Shown here piece by piece: positions 1 to 8,912 of a stretch of 53,431 nucleotides of DNA. The notes under the pieces were generated by a model. That model made no database searches, was not told the DNA's origin, and saw only the letters and a program-made list of their open reading frames with translations. Numbering within the stretch: position 1 is the stretch's first letter; the number at the start of each line of letters is the position of its first letter. A program made the translations under genes and the position numbers. Source of the stretch: a virus (Duplodnaviria; Caudoviricetes); IMG/VR virus record IMGVR_UViG_3300037518_000174, positions 1 through 53,431 of that record, one strand, 5' to 3'.

Positions 1-127
1 GCGTCGCGGAGCGTGACGCTGATCGCGTCGAGAGTGAATGTATTTCCGCTAGTAACCCCCTGAGGGCTGCTTAATGGGCCAGTCGCTATCAACGTATCCG
101 AGCCGTTCGTCAAAGCCCAATGAGTTG
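1..127. repeat. 127-bp exact terminal direct repeat (copy 1); circular assembly overlap
   Basis: Bases 1-127 are identical to 53305-53431. 127 is a common assembler k-mer size, and an ORF reads through the join. Confidence 0.95.
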
Positions 128-368
128 CTGTATCCGTTCCTGTTACTGACCCATCCGTGATCGCAGGGACAATAACCCTTCTGCCATCAGTCGCTCCGTC
201 CTGGGTGGCACCTGTGTTCAGCCCGGTCTTGTTTCCTAGCGTGAATGTGCTTGTAGCTTCAGTGTAGGTCGTCGCTACCTGGGACGTGATGTCGATCCTC
301 GTCCCATTGGTGTCCGCGTAATCGAGGCCCTGATCGAATACCTCGTCATTGATAAATTCACCAGCCAT
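1..368 (-). CDS. 126-aa putative virion structural protein spanning the circular join (368->1, then 53304->53292)
   Basis: Manual translation from ATG at 368 gives MAGEFINDEVFDQGLDYADTNGTRIDITSQVATTYTEATSTFTLGNK...GNTFTLDAISVTLRDATTT*, with TGA at 53292-53294. It is Thr/Gly-rich and beta-type, and overlaps the upstream stop. Confidence 0.8.
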   Translation of the reverse strand, partial: MAGEFINDEVFDQGLDYADTNGTRIDITSQVATTYTEATSTFTLGNKTGLNTGATQDGATDGRRVIVPAITDGSVTGTDTATHWALTNGSDTLIATGPLSSPQGVTSGNTFTLDAISVTLRD

Positions 369-571
369 CAGACTCTCCTGATAATCCCCTCGGCTTCCAT
401 CACGGCTATGGAGTTCCGATGAAGCTCTGTAATCACATTTTCCGTGTACGTTCTTCCGATCACGTATTCAGACTTGAAAGCTCGGCTCCGATAGTTCTTC
501 AGGCAAAGAAACTTCACAGAATCTTTCCTTGATGGCTCGGATTTGCTTCTCTTGAACCACTTGAACATCAA
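368..571 (-). CDS. hypothetical protein
   Basis: Start and stop overlap both neighbouring genes in the late operon. Confidence 0.6.
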   Translation of the reverse strand: MMFKWFKRSKSEPSRKDSVKFLCLKNYRSRAFKSEYVIGRTYTENVITELHRNSIAVMEAEGIIRRV

Positions 572-987
572 GCCGTCTCCGACCGATACTTCTTCTTGAT
601 CTCAAGAACGACGGTCATCTCAAGGCCAGAGCTATCGAAGTCCGTCGTGCTGATCAGGATCTTGTTATCCGCGTCCTGAACCAGATTCGGATGACCCCCG
701 CCCCATACGGTCTGAGCGTCGTTGTTGATCGTCGAGGTGTAGAACAGCTCGTGATTGCCAGAGATAGATCCGAACTTCAGGTTATAGGTCGCACCCGAAG
801 GACTTGTACCGGAAACACTTCTGACCGCGATGGAATTGGGTGTTTTGTGGTAGTCCTCACCCGTGTAGTCCGACAGATCGAACAGGGGATAGTCCGAGTA
901 ATCCCCCGACCCATCGGCACTGATGTTGTACTGGACTACCACACTCCTTGAGCCGTTGAGCAAGGTTTGTGCAGAGATCGTGTTCAT
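568..987 (-). CDS. putative virion (head decoration-type) beta protein
   Basis: Position in the structural operon, beta-strand/Ser-Thr-rich composition, GAGG RBS. Confidence 0.55.
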   Translation of the reverse strand: MNTISAQTLLNGSRSVVVQYNISADGSGDYSDYPLFDLSDYTGEDYHKTPNSIAVRSVSGTSPSGATYNLKFGSISGNHELFYTSTINNDAQTVWGGGHPNLVQDADNKILISTTDFDSSGLEMTVVLEIKKKYRSETA

Positions 988-996
988 GACTGTCCC

Positions 997-1749
997 TCAA
1001 AGCTCGTAAGCCATCAGCACGTAGTTAACGATCGAGCTTTGCGCTTCCGCCGTAGCAGATTTGAAGTACGAAACAAAGCCCATCGCCGCATCGTCGTTGA
1101 AAACGGTCTTGACCTCGGAAGCCATCTGAACGCCGTCTTTGTAGAGGTAGTACGTCGTTCCGCTGTAGTAGACGCTCCACACATGCCTCGTAGCCGTGGT
1201 TGGATTTGAACCAAAACTAACAACTTGCTGCGCGTCGCTTTGAGTTGCGTAGAAGCTCATGCTCGTCGCCGTATCGAGCTTGCCAACGAGAAAGGCATCA
1301 TCCGCAGCAAGCGATAGGCCATCCGCAGCAACGAACTCAGTGGCCGTCGTGCCCTGATCGGCCGAGAAGCCGGCGAAGAACTCCGTACCTGACATTGTGG
1401 CTGCCGTGATCGTGGCGGAGACTTCCAGATAGAGCTTCTTTGTGCTCGCGGCCGGAATGACGGTTGCGGTTATCGCCTGAACGATAGAACCCTCATTGAT
1501 CGTCGTGGTCGAATTGGCTTGCTTAATACCACCCGTACTTGCAGCCGCAGTACCCGAACCAATAGCGGTGAACTCGTAGGTGGCAGAATCCGCGTTGTAG
1601 CCGAGCTTGTCGTTGAAGTCCTCGCACAGAATTTTCCAACCCTGTTGCGTGGGATGGAAAAACGGAAGCTGTGGAACGCCTGACGTATCTGAAGCGGCAT
1701 TGATGCCGGCCGCGTACCTGTGAAGCGCGTTGTGTTTATTACGTGACAT
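997..1749 (-). CDS. putative virion decoration protein with ConA/LamG-like fold
   Basis: C-terminal RHVWSVYYSGTTYYLYKDGVQMAS resembles the ConA-like 'hhv...y.dG' motif; Ala/Thr-rich; AGGAG RBS. Confidence 0.6.
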   Translation of the reverse strand: MSRNKHNALHRYAAGINAASDTSGVPQLPFFHPTQQGWKILCEDFNDKLGYNADSATYEFTAIGSGTAAASTGGIKQANSTTTINEGSIVQAITATVIPAASTKKLYLEVSATITAATMSGTEFFAGFSADQGTTATEFVAADGLSLAADDAFLVGKLDTATSMSFYATQSDAQQVVSFGSNPTTATRHVWSVYYSGTTYYLYKDGVQMASEVKTVFNDDAAMGFVSYFKSATAEAQSSIVNYVLMAYEL

Positions 1750-1788
1750 GATTGACTCCTCGTCGCCGCTCTAGGCGGTCTGTAAGGG

Positions 1789-2322
1789 TTAAAAGTGCTT
1801 CATCGACCTATCGACTCCCACGGATGCTTTCCACGGATCAATAGGCCAACCGTGCTGAACCAAGGTCTCGAACGCCTTTGACGGATCGCTCAAAACCTCG
1901 TCGTAGTCGAATACGACTAAATCCTCTATCTCGTCTGACTCTGAAAGCTCCTGAATGTCTTTCTCGACCCAATACTCGTATCGGGAATCGACATTCCTGA
2001 GAGAGCTTTTCGATGACTTGTATTGCGATACCGGATCGCGCTGCATGTAGACGCAACGAATGGGAGACAAGCCCTTTCCGAGGGCTGTGATTCCCATCGC
2101 CTTGACACACTTGCCTCTTATCACTTCGGCCGGCCATTCGTCAGACCGGGTAAGCGCCATCTCGTAGTAGTAACAGTTCTGATTCTTCGTCAGGCTCCGA
2201 GCCAACCGTTCTTCGTTGTCGCGATCGTAGTAAAGAACCATGCCGCCCAAACGGAGACAGTGCATCATCATGCTGGTGCCGGTCCTCCTCTGACCGGACA
2301 CCACATAGGTCAGGCGGCCCAT
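1789..2322 (-). CDS. sulfotransferase-family protein
   Basis: 5'-PSB loop VVSGQRRTGTSMMM, 3'-PB motif YMQRDPVSQYKS, and downstream YDEVLSDP. Confidence 0.75.
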   Translation of the reverse strand: MGRLTYVVSGQRRTGTSMMMHCLRLGGMVLYYDRDNEERLARSLTKNQNCYYYEMALTRSDEWPAEVIRGKCVKAMGITALGKGLSPIRCVYMQRDPVSQYKSSKSSLRNVDSRYEYWVEKDIQELSESDEIEDLVVFDYDEVLSDPSKAFETLVQHGWPIDPWKASVGVDRSMKHF

Positions 2323-2918
2323 CGTTTCAGCAACGTGTTGTAGACCGAAGAAAGCACGACGACCGATTCACCTGAAGAACCGTCCATCAGGGATTTCAGT
2401 GTCCTCAAGAGATAGCGGTCCTGCTCGTCTCGAATCATGCTCTGCATCCACGTCACGGCAACCAGGCGAGTCCCTTCCATGATCCGGTTGACCTCGTGGA
2501 CCTTCCAGCATGGGTAGATCACGCAGGTTCCTGCCGCGCCTTTGTAGCCGACCCCGCTCATGCACAGCTCCCCGCCTTCGTACTCGTCGGTCAGGAATAT
2601 CGTGCAGGCGAGATCCGTTCTTAACGGCGGAAGCCCTACGCTTGGCCCTAGAAACGCCGCGTCACAATGGGGGCCGTATCCTTGACCCGCTTCGTACTTG
2701 ACAAACTTCGGCGGCATGATCGCCTGGACAAAGAAGTCATCCACCATCTGCTGACATTCGGTTAACCGATTGTGCAGATAGTCGATCTTCTCGTGTCTCA
2801 AAAGCTCATACGTGTCCTTATCGGTGACTTTCTTCTCGAAGTGCTGCCATTCGGATTCCTTCAATTCCTCGGCTATCTGTAAGGCTTCGTTCTCGTTGAT
2901 TAGCTGGTAGCTTTTCAT
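2310..2918 (-). CDS. 2OG-Fe(II) oxygenase, PKHD-type (YbiX/PiuC-like)
   Basis: HxD (YGPHCD), RTDLACTIFL..EYEGGEL, distal His (HEVN), Arg (GTRL), and PiuC-like C-terminus WMQSMIRD...YNTLLKRWA. Confidence 0.9.
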   Translation of the reverse strand: MKSYQLINENEALQIAEELKESEWQHFEKKVTDKDTYELLRHEKIDYLHNRLTECQQMVDDFFVQAIMPPKFVKYEAGQGYGPHCDAAFLGPSVGLPPLRTDLACTIFLTDEYEGGELCMSGVGYKGAAGTCVIYPCWKVHEVNRIMEGTRLVAVTWMQSMIRDEQDRYLLRTLKSLMDGSSGESVVVLSSVYNTLLKRWAA

Positions 2919-3559
2919 TCCAATCTATCTCTCATCAGTTGCCACGGCTTCTCTATCCTTGGTCTAGTAGGCTCATGCCAACGATTCGGCCACCACGCAT
3001 TGCTGACATGCTCGACCTCGATAGGCCAATACTGTTGAAGCCAGTCTTTCTCGCTCAACATGCCGGTTCTTCCCGCCATGTCGATGTCGTCTACCTTCTG
3101 AATCAGAACGGCGATGTCCCAATCTTCCGTGTACCACTTCGCTTCCTTGCAGTTCCATCCACTAACGACAAGGTGATACATCAGATTCGCAGGGGTCCAC
3201 GTCGATAAATGACCGACATGGAAATACTCTGACGGTCCGGGCGGAACAGCTATCGCCAGCCATCCACCGGGTTTGATCCACCGTCTCATCGTCGATAGAA
3301 ACAAACCGGGATTCTCGACATGCTCAAGCGTATGACTCGACCACACGAGATCCACCGGAACGAGATCGATATTCTCGATACGCTCCTGAACGTGCCGATA
3401 TCTCGGATGACTGATCTTTGCCGGAGAAGTGTCGATCCCGATGACCGACTTGCCTTGAGACAGAAAGGCTATCGCGTGATGCCCGCTCCCGACCGCACAA
3501 TCGGCGACTGTCTCTATCTCAAGGGTCAGAGCTTCTCTAAGCAGCCTGACTGCTCTCAA
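2915..3559 (-). CDS. class I SAM-dependent methyltransferase
   Basis: DCAVGSG motif I, VIGIDTS, DLVWSSHTLEHVENP, IKPGGWLAIAVP. Confidence 0.9.
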   Translation of the reverse strand: MRAVRLLREALTLEIETVADCAVGSGHHAIAFLSQGKSVIGIDTSPAKISHPRYRHVQERIENIDLVPVDLVWSSHTLEHVENPGLFLSTMRRWIKPGGWLAIAVPPGPSEYFHVGHLSTWTPANLMYHLVVSGWNCKEAKWYTEDWDIAVLIQKVDDIDMAGRTGMLSEKDWLQQYWPIEVEHVSNAWWPNRWHEPTRPRIEKPWQLMRDRLE

Positions 3560-4112
3560 CTAAGCTCTCTATCCTCGGTCTTCCAACATACCCGTAGAAT
3601 CCCTGATCCATGCAGATCCCGGTATTGGTCCACCATGTAAAAGCGCTACCTTGCTTGCTCGTCACCCTGATCCCACGACTCATTGCCGCACCTATCCAGA
3701 TCGCTGCGGAACACCTCGCCATATCGAGACCTGGGGCTACGCAGTCAACACCGAACAAATGAATCTCACCGACTCCCTCGTGGATCGCGAGCGCGATCAT
3801 CCAATCGACAGTCGAGTAACACGCGATTGAAAGCGGGATACCGAACGTCCTGACAACATCCATCAGCGGATAGTCTTCAGAAGTCGGCCACTCAGGATAT
3901 GCCTTTGAAGTGATGAGCCTCCCCGAGTAGCCTTTCAGCCACTCGGGGAACTCATTGCCGTCGTAGTAGGGAAGCCTTAGCTTGAGATCATCCATGACAA
4001 ACGCACGATCTAACTCATGCGTTTGAGCGACCTGATTCAGACCCCATACTTCGTCAAACTCCCCGCTGAATTGCGAGAGAGTCGGCCCCTTCGCTAGAAG
4101 GGCTATCTTCAT
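3537..4112 (-). CDS. glycosyltransferase-like protein (GT29/GT42/DUF115 Maf-like Rossmann family)
   Basis: N-terminal IALLAKGPTL...EVWGLN and later STV..MIALAI..G..EIHLFGVDC, which are typical motifs of this superfamily. Confidence 0.55.
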   Translation of the reverse strand: MKIALLAKGPTLSQFSGEFDEVWGLNQVAQTHELDRAFVMDDLKLRLPYYDGNEFPEWLKGYSGRLITSKAYPEWPTSEDYPLMDVVRTFGIPLSIACYSTVDWMIALAIHEGVGEIHLFGVDCVAPGLDMARCSAAIWIGAAMSRGIRVTSKQGSAFTWWTNTGICMDQGFYGYVGRPRIESLVESSQAA

Positions 4113-5086
4113 CAGGTGTACGTCTCTGCCGTGTTGAACGCCGCACCGCCGAGATCGGCCGTGGTCACACCGAGATTCCCGAAAGCGCCGACACCCGTGA
4201 CATCGAAAGCCGATATCAGGTTGGCAGCCGTAGCGGCGGAATCCGGCGTGGTAATCACGTTGTCCTTGGCAACGCCGTTATTGGCCGTGCCAGTCAAAAC
4301 TACACAACCCGGCTCGACCGCAGCGTCCTCCATGACGAAGTTGTTGCGCTCGATACGGATATTGGTAGCCGTAGTCGCCACTTCTATGAGCCCGACCGTG
4401 GCCGTTCTCGAAGTCAACTGAGCGAAGTGGTTGTCGATGATGACGACGTTCTCATGGGTTCCGGCGAACTCCAGAAGATGATCGTTCCCAACATCGTTGC
4501 CGATGTAGGTGCAACCCTCCATCCAGAGACCGTCGCAACCGTCCGCGATGTTGGCAACGATGATGTAGTTCTCGTCGGAACCATCCTCGTCGAATAAGCA
4601 GTTCTGAAGCGTCAGGTTGTGAGCCGCAGCACCAATATCCAGGGCTCCCGGCGTGATGTCCGATACACCAGCCTTAAAGTTGATGTTGTAGAACGTCACA
4701 TCAGCCGCAGTGATGTCGATATCTGAAGCCGCATCAGTCGTGAAGTGAAGTTGAGGCTGTAAAGACCCAATACCCAACCCGACTATTGCAATGCCCTGAA
4801 CGTCACAGGTAATCGCAGCAGCAGCCGTGACTTCCTCGACGTGCCCAGGCATAAGAACGATGATGTCTCCACGGGCAGCAGTGCAACGTCCTATCGCATA
4901 GTCCAGCGTAAGGAAAGGCTTCTTGTACGTTCCGGAGTTTCCATCCGACCCGCCAATACCGCCCCTCGCCAAGACACCGGAATTGTTGACGAAGAAAACT
5001 TCTCCCGGATGCGTCTGCAAGAGAGGCATCCCCCTAATCGTGATCCCATTGGCAAAGCCGTTGGGATATTCAGTAACACCAGGCAT
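4112..5086 (-). CDS. beta-helix (pectin-lyase-like) head fibre/decoration protein
   Basis: FFV...GSDGNSGTYKKPFLTLDYAI...GDIIVLMPG cap motif followed by Asn-ladder repeats (QNCLF, IIDNHF, IERNNF); directly downstream of the capsid gene. Confidence 0.75.
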   Translation of the reverse strand: MPGVTEYPNGFANGITIRGMPLLQTHPGEVFFVNNSGVLARGGIGGSDGNSGTYKKPFLTLDYAIGRCTAARGDIIVLMPGHVEEVTAAAAITCDVQGIAIVGLGIGSLQPQLHFTTDAASDIDITAADVTFYNINFKAGVSDITPGALDIGAAAHNLTLQNCLFDEDGSDENYIIVANIADGCDGLWMEGCTYIGNDVGNDHLLEFAGTHENVVIIDNHFAQLTSRTATVGLIEVATTATNIRIERNNFVMEDAAVEPGCVVLTGTANNGVAKDNVITTPDSAATAANLISAFDVTGVGAFGNLGVTTADLGGAAFNTAETYT

Positions 5087-5141
5087 AACAAATCCCTCCT
5101 GTGAACCGAATTTCGGTCACATAGAAAAACTCACAGTTTGG

Positions 5142-5168
5142 AAAAGAGAACGGCCCCGAAGGGCCGTC
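5142..5168 (-). terminator. intrinsic terminator after capsid/endonuclease genes
   Basis: Minus strand GACGGCCC-TTCG-GGGCCGTT followed by CTCTTTTC. Confidence 0.8.
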
Positions 5169-5186
5169 ACCAGAATTGATCTATCT

Positions 5187-5996
5187 CTATCTTTCTAAGT
5201 AATCGACTGCTTTGCGCAATCGATCAATGTCGTCTTTGAAGCTGCCAAGTCCGCTATTGCAGGAAAAACACAACAAGGCACGAACTTTGCCAGTATTGTG
5301 GCAATGGTCAACAGAGAGTTCGGTTACTTTGCCGCGAACCTTTCTCTGCTCAGCATTACCACAAATAGCGCACTTGTTCTTTTGCTTCTTTCTAAGCGCT
5401 ACGTATTCTTCACGAGAAATGCCATATCTGGCCTTTCTACCATACTCTTTGTACTTTCCCGGCCTGAGCTGACGATATGCTCTTTGAAATCTCGCTCTGT
5501 ATGTTTTCTCGTCCTCTCCATCTACCTTGCAGACCATTGATTCCTTCCATACGAAGTTTCCTGGCCCTATCGGCTTTGATTCATCAGCAACAAATAGTTT
5601 GTGCTTGTCACTCGGGCGCTTGCCAATATCGGCAACAAATTGAAGAAAGTCATTCCGCCACTCGTCGCAAATCATTCCGTTCGGGCGGCTCCGCTTCATC
5701 CACATCCAAGAGTTGTATAGTGGGTGCCTTTCCTTCCTGCCCCATCCTTTTGCGCCCCAATCGTCCGGCCTAACTGACTCCGTATGCCCATTCCGCTTAA
5801 ATCTACGGTAATGCTTGTCGCACAAACCGCGAGCTAAAGATAACGAGGCACAGTCTGGAATACGGCACGGATGCCTTTCTCTTTTGGCATATTCAGTCGT
5901 ACCTCGATTGCACCACCGTCGATAGCAAGCGGAACAAAGCCCGCGAGCCACTATCTTGAGATCTCGAAGACAAGCCTTGCACGCCAAAGGAATCAC
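5187..5996 (-). CDS. endonuclease VII-family (His-Me) putative free-standing homing endonuclease with N-terminal Zn-finger repeats
   Basis: CAICG...LSVDHCHNTGKVRALLCFSCNSGLGSFKDD; two Cys-rich ARGLC repeats; HPLYNSW..MK.R motif; visibly more AT-rich than its neighbours. Confidence 0.85.
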   Translation of the reverse strand: MIPLACKACLRDLKIVARGLCSACYRRWCNRGTTEYAKRERHPCRIPDCASLSLARGLCDKHYRRFKRNGHTESVRPDDWGAKGWGRKERHPLYNSWMWMKRSRPNGMICDEWRNDFLQFVADIGKRPSDKHKLFVADESKPIGPGNFVWKESMVCKVDGEDEKTYRARFQRAYRQLRPGKYKEYGRKARYGISREEYVALRKKQKNKCAICGNAEQRKVRGKVTELSVDHCHNTGKVRALLCFSCNSGLGSFKDDIDRLRKAVDYLER

Positions 5997-6073
5997 CTCT
6001 ACCCCATTACTGAGGTAGAGGTTATCCCATTTATGGACTGATTACGAGGCTAAAAACTCGTTATAAATCAGTA

Positions 6074-6982
6074 TCATGCTCCGCCATTGTTGCTGTAGCA
6101 TCCGCGCGGATCAGTCCAACCGACCGAGAAGCGCCTGTAGCACTTGGCCTTGTTGTTGTCCGTATCGAAGTCTGAGTCAGCACTGAACTCAGCGCCAACG
6201 CGGTCATACCAGCAAAGACCACGGGGAGCGCTCGTCTTGATGAAGAACGCATCCGAGTCCGTCAGGTAATGATTCACCGCAACTTCAGGGACAGTGCCCA
6301 TCACTCGCAGCGCGTTGATCGCGTTGTTCGCGGTATCGTTCTGAAGCAACGACTTCAAGACCCTCGTTGACTCGAACGACAAAGCAGTCGGAATAATCAA
6401 CCGCTTCGGCATCAAAGAAATCTTGAGTCCACGCGGATTCAGCGCGTCCATGATCTGGATAGCCAGGCTCTCGATGGATGCTTCCGAAAGATCGGCACCC
6501 GAGCTAAGCGTATTCGACCATGTACCGTGAAAATCCGAGTGAGTCGTCACGCAGAGAATCGACCCATCACCCCCGGTATACCCGGAAGTGTGAGCACGAT
6601 TCAGCACGTTTGCTCCGACGTTTTCCTCCGTTTGACGCAACGAGTACGCAAGATCCCCGGTACGATCGAAGGCTTTGCCCTCGTAGAGATTGTCATCCCG
6701 CTCTGCGCGAGTGACTATCCACCCCATGCCGAACTCCGTATGCACGTAACGTGACACGTAACCCTGCGTATGGGAATCGTACTGAGTAGCCCCGCCTTCC
6801 GTCTTGGTCGGAACAAGGCCGAACCCTGAAGTCTGCACGTCCTCCTCGTAGTTCTGAGAAGAACTCTTGACATCGAAGATTTGCGTGTATTCCACAGAAT
6901 GCTCGGCGTACTTCTCGCCCCACCATGCTGCAACTCCCGGCCAGAGGGCCTTGGGATGATTGCCTGTACTTATTACAGCCAT
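6074..6982 (-). CDS. major capsid protein (HK97 fold, Mu gpT-like family)
   Basis: KALWPG...YTQIFD..SS...YEE....SGFG, PKRLIIP, NHYLTDSDAFFIKT, RFSVGWTDPRG; located after the scaffold gene. Confidence 0.9.
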   Translation of the reverse strand: MAVISTGNHPKALWPGVAAWWGEKYAEHSVEYTQIFDVKSSSQNYEEDVQTSGFGLVPTKTEGGATQYDSHTQGYVSRYVHTEFGMGWIVTRAERDDNLYEGKAFDRTGDLAYSLRQTEENVGANVLNRAHTSGYTGGDGSILCVTTHSDFHGTWSNTLSSGADLSEASIESLAIQIMDALNPRGLKISLMPKRLIIPTALSFESTRVLKSLLQNDTANNAINALRVMGTVPEVAVNHYLTDSDAFFIKTSAPRGLCWYDRVGAEFSADSDFDTDNNKAKCYRRFSVGWTDPRGCYSNNGGA

Positions 6983-6994
6983 CTCTCAGCCCTC

Positions 6995-7582
6995 CTAAGT
7001 GTCGTCATCCACACCAGTGCCGTCACCGCCGAACGGATGCTCGTTGACACGAACAATCACGTCTGCGTTCGTCCCGATAGAGTTATCCGGTCGATTGACG
7101 ATACCGATGATCTGTAGACCCACTTTCGTTGTGGCGATGCTGGAGCTATCCAGCTCGACACCCGAAAGACCCGTTGTGGTGTTACCCGAGCCGACTGTGA
7201 TATCGGCCGTATTGCCGAAGTCTTCGTCTGCAAAAGCGCCCGAGCACTGAATGGCGAACAACTGGCCCTGAACCGCCGGCACCACATACGCATAACGCGT
7301 CGTGGATGCCAGACGATGCTTGGTTTCCAAGTTAGTCCTGTCAGGCTCGAAACTCGTGATAACCCCGAAAATCTCCTCAGAAGCAGCGGCCTGACGAACG
7401 ATCGGATACGAATATCCATCGTTGTCCGTCAAGGACAAGCCACGCAGGACGACCGGATCACCGAGAAACGTCGCTGTCGAGTTCTCATCCTCTAACGCAA
7501 CCTTCACAGTCGCTCCGTTGTACGAAGAACCGTTCAGATTGTTGATAGGCCACAAGCCCCTTGGAGTATCTGCATTAGCCAT
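6995..7582 (-). CDS. capsid cement/decoration protein
   Basis: MANADTPRGL.P N-terminus and GDPV, GNTTTGLSG motifs typical of the gene preceding this capsid family; strong GGAGG RBS. Confidence 0.65.
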   Translation of the reverse strand: MANADTPRGLWPINNLNGSSYNGATVKVALEDENSTATFLGDPVVLRGLSLTDNDGYSYPIVRQAAASEEIFGVITSFEPDRTNLETKHRLASTTRYAYVVPAVQGQLFAIQCSGAFADEDFGNTADITVGSGNTTTGLSGVELDSSSIATTKVGLQIIGIVNRPDNSIGTNADVIVRVNEHPFGGDGTGVDDDT

Positions 7583-7611
7583 CTAATGAACCTCCAATCA
7601 AGGAGCGAACA

Positions 7612-8106
7612 TCATGGCTCTCGTGAAATTGTTTGAGAGACATTGCCGTAATTGACACCTTCGCGAATGTTCGCTCCGCCAGCTTTACCCGCGTTAATGG
7701 CTTCATCCACCAACCGATTGCGTTCTTCCTTGAGTGCCATGTCTTCCTCGCGGTAGTCCATCGGCAGCTTCATCAGAATGGCGCGGATCGGCTGATTGCC
7801 ATCAGCGCGGCCCACGACCCGGCTAACCTTGTCTCCAAGATCGGTATTCCCCTCCATCAGAGGACCGTCTCCGAAGCCGTGAACTTCCTCGCGCGAGACG
7901 AACTGATAACCAGCCGCCTGCGCTCGGTCGATACGGTCTCCATCGACGTTGAACCAGTGTCCATACCATTTCTTGTGAAAGTCCGGGTCTTTGTATCTAA
8001 CTTCCAGCTTGTTTCTGTTGCTCGCGAAAGGAACGCGGTTGGGATCTTTCAATCCGGGTCTCGCATTCTTAGGCGGCCTACCTCGTCTTTTGGGTGTGTT
8101 ATCCAC
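7612..8106 (-). CDS. conserved head-module protein
   Basis: Lies between scaffold and cement genes; GHWFN...AGYQFV...LMKLP pattern. Confidence 0.6.
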   Translation of the reverse strand: MDNTPKRRGRPPKNARPGLKDPNRVPFASNRNKLEVRYKDPDFHKKWYGHWFNVDGDRIDRAQAAGYQFVSREEVHGFGDGPLMEGNTDLGDKVSRVVGRADGNQPIRAILMKLPMDYREEDMALKEERNRLVDEAINAGKAGGANIREGVNYGNVSQTISREP

Positions 8107-8109
8107 GGC

Positions 8110-8910
8110 TTACTCCCATTCGTATGACTTGACGTATTCTTCCCGGCTCTCGAAAAGGCCTTGCTTCACGAACTTGTCGCAAGCTGCCTTCGCATCGGCC
8201 GGAAGGGCGTCGTATGTCTTTTTCGATGACGACCGCGAACGGTTGCCACCGGCTTCTACCTTGGACGTTCCTGAACCTTCCTTGAAAAGCTCGGGAAACA
8301 TTTCTTCTGCTCTCTTATGCGCGGCCTCGAACAACTTGACGCCCGAACCTTGAAGATCCGGCTTTTCCCTGACCACATCGTTGGCCGCTCCATTCAATGC
8401 AGCGGTCTTCGTATAGTCGGTTTCGTACCAGTCGTTATCGGCCTTCCACTTGTCTACGCTTTTCTGGATGTCGCGAATACGCTCCTGATCGGACCCGTTC
8501 GCTTTCGCCGCTTCCTTCTGAGAACGCAACGATTCCAGTTTCTCGTCTGCCTCCGCAAAGGCTTTCGGATCTCCGTCTCCGACAGCCTTTGCGCGAGCGC
8601 TTCTGAGTTCCTTTTCCTGCTGTTCGATCCTTTCTTTCAGTCTTTCTCTTTCAGCCTTCGTAAACTCCTTCCAGTCGTTAGTGGCCGACTTGATATCGGT
8701 CAATTCGGACTTCAAAGATTCAAGCTCGGCCTGGAGCTTCTTGTTCTTCGAGTTGACGATCGGAAGAATCTTCTCGCCGTTCTCGACGAACGTCTTTGCA
8801 TCGGACCATCCCTTCGCGTGACCGTGGGCCTCGCGATAGGCGTCCTCATCCATCCAGCCCTGCTCCTTGGCCTCGGACATGAAATCTCTTTCTACGGTTT
8901 CCTCGCTCAT
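8110..8910 (-). CDS. capsid scaffolding protein
   Basis: Highly charged coiled coil with W...N.WY motif and C-terminal helix ending EEYVKSY, upstream of the capsid gene. Confidence 0.75.
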   Translation of the reverse strand: MSEETVERDFMSEAKEQGWMDEDAYREAHGHAKGWSDAKTFVENGEKILPIVNSKNKKLQAELESLKSELTDIKSATNDWKEFTKAERERLKERIEQQEKELRSARAKAVGDGDPKAFAEADEKLESLRSQKEAAKANGSDQERIRDIQKSVDKWKADNDWYETDYTKTAALNGAANDVVREKPDLQGSGVKLFEAAHKRAEEMFPELFKEGSGTSKVEAGGNRSRSSSKKTYDALPADAKAACDKFVKQGLFESREEYVKSYEWE

Positions 8911-8912
8911 GG

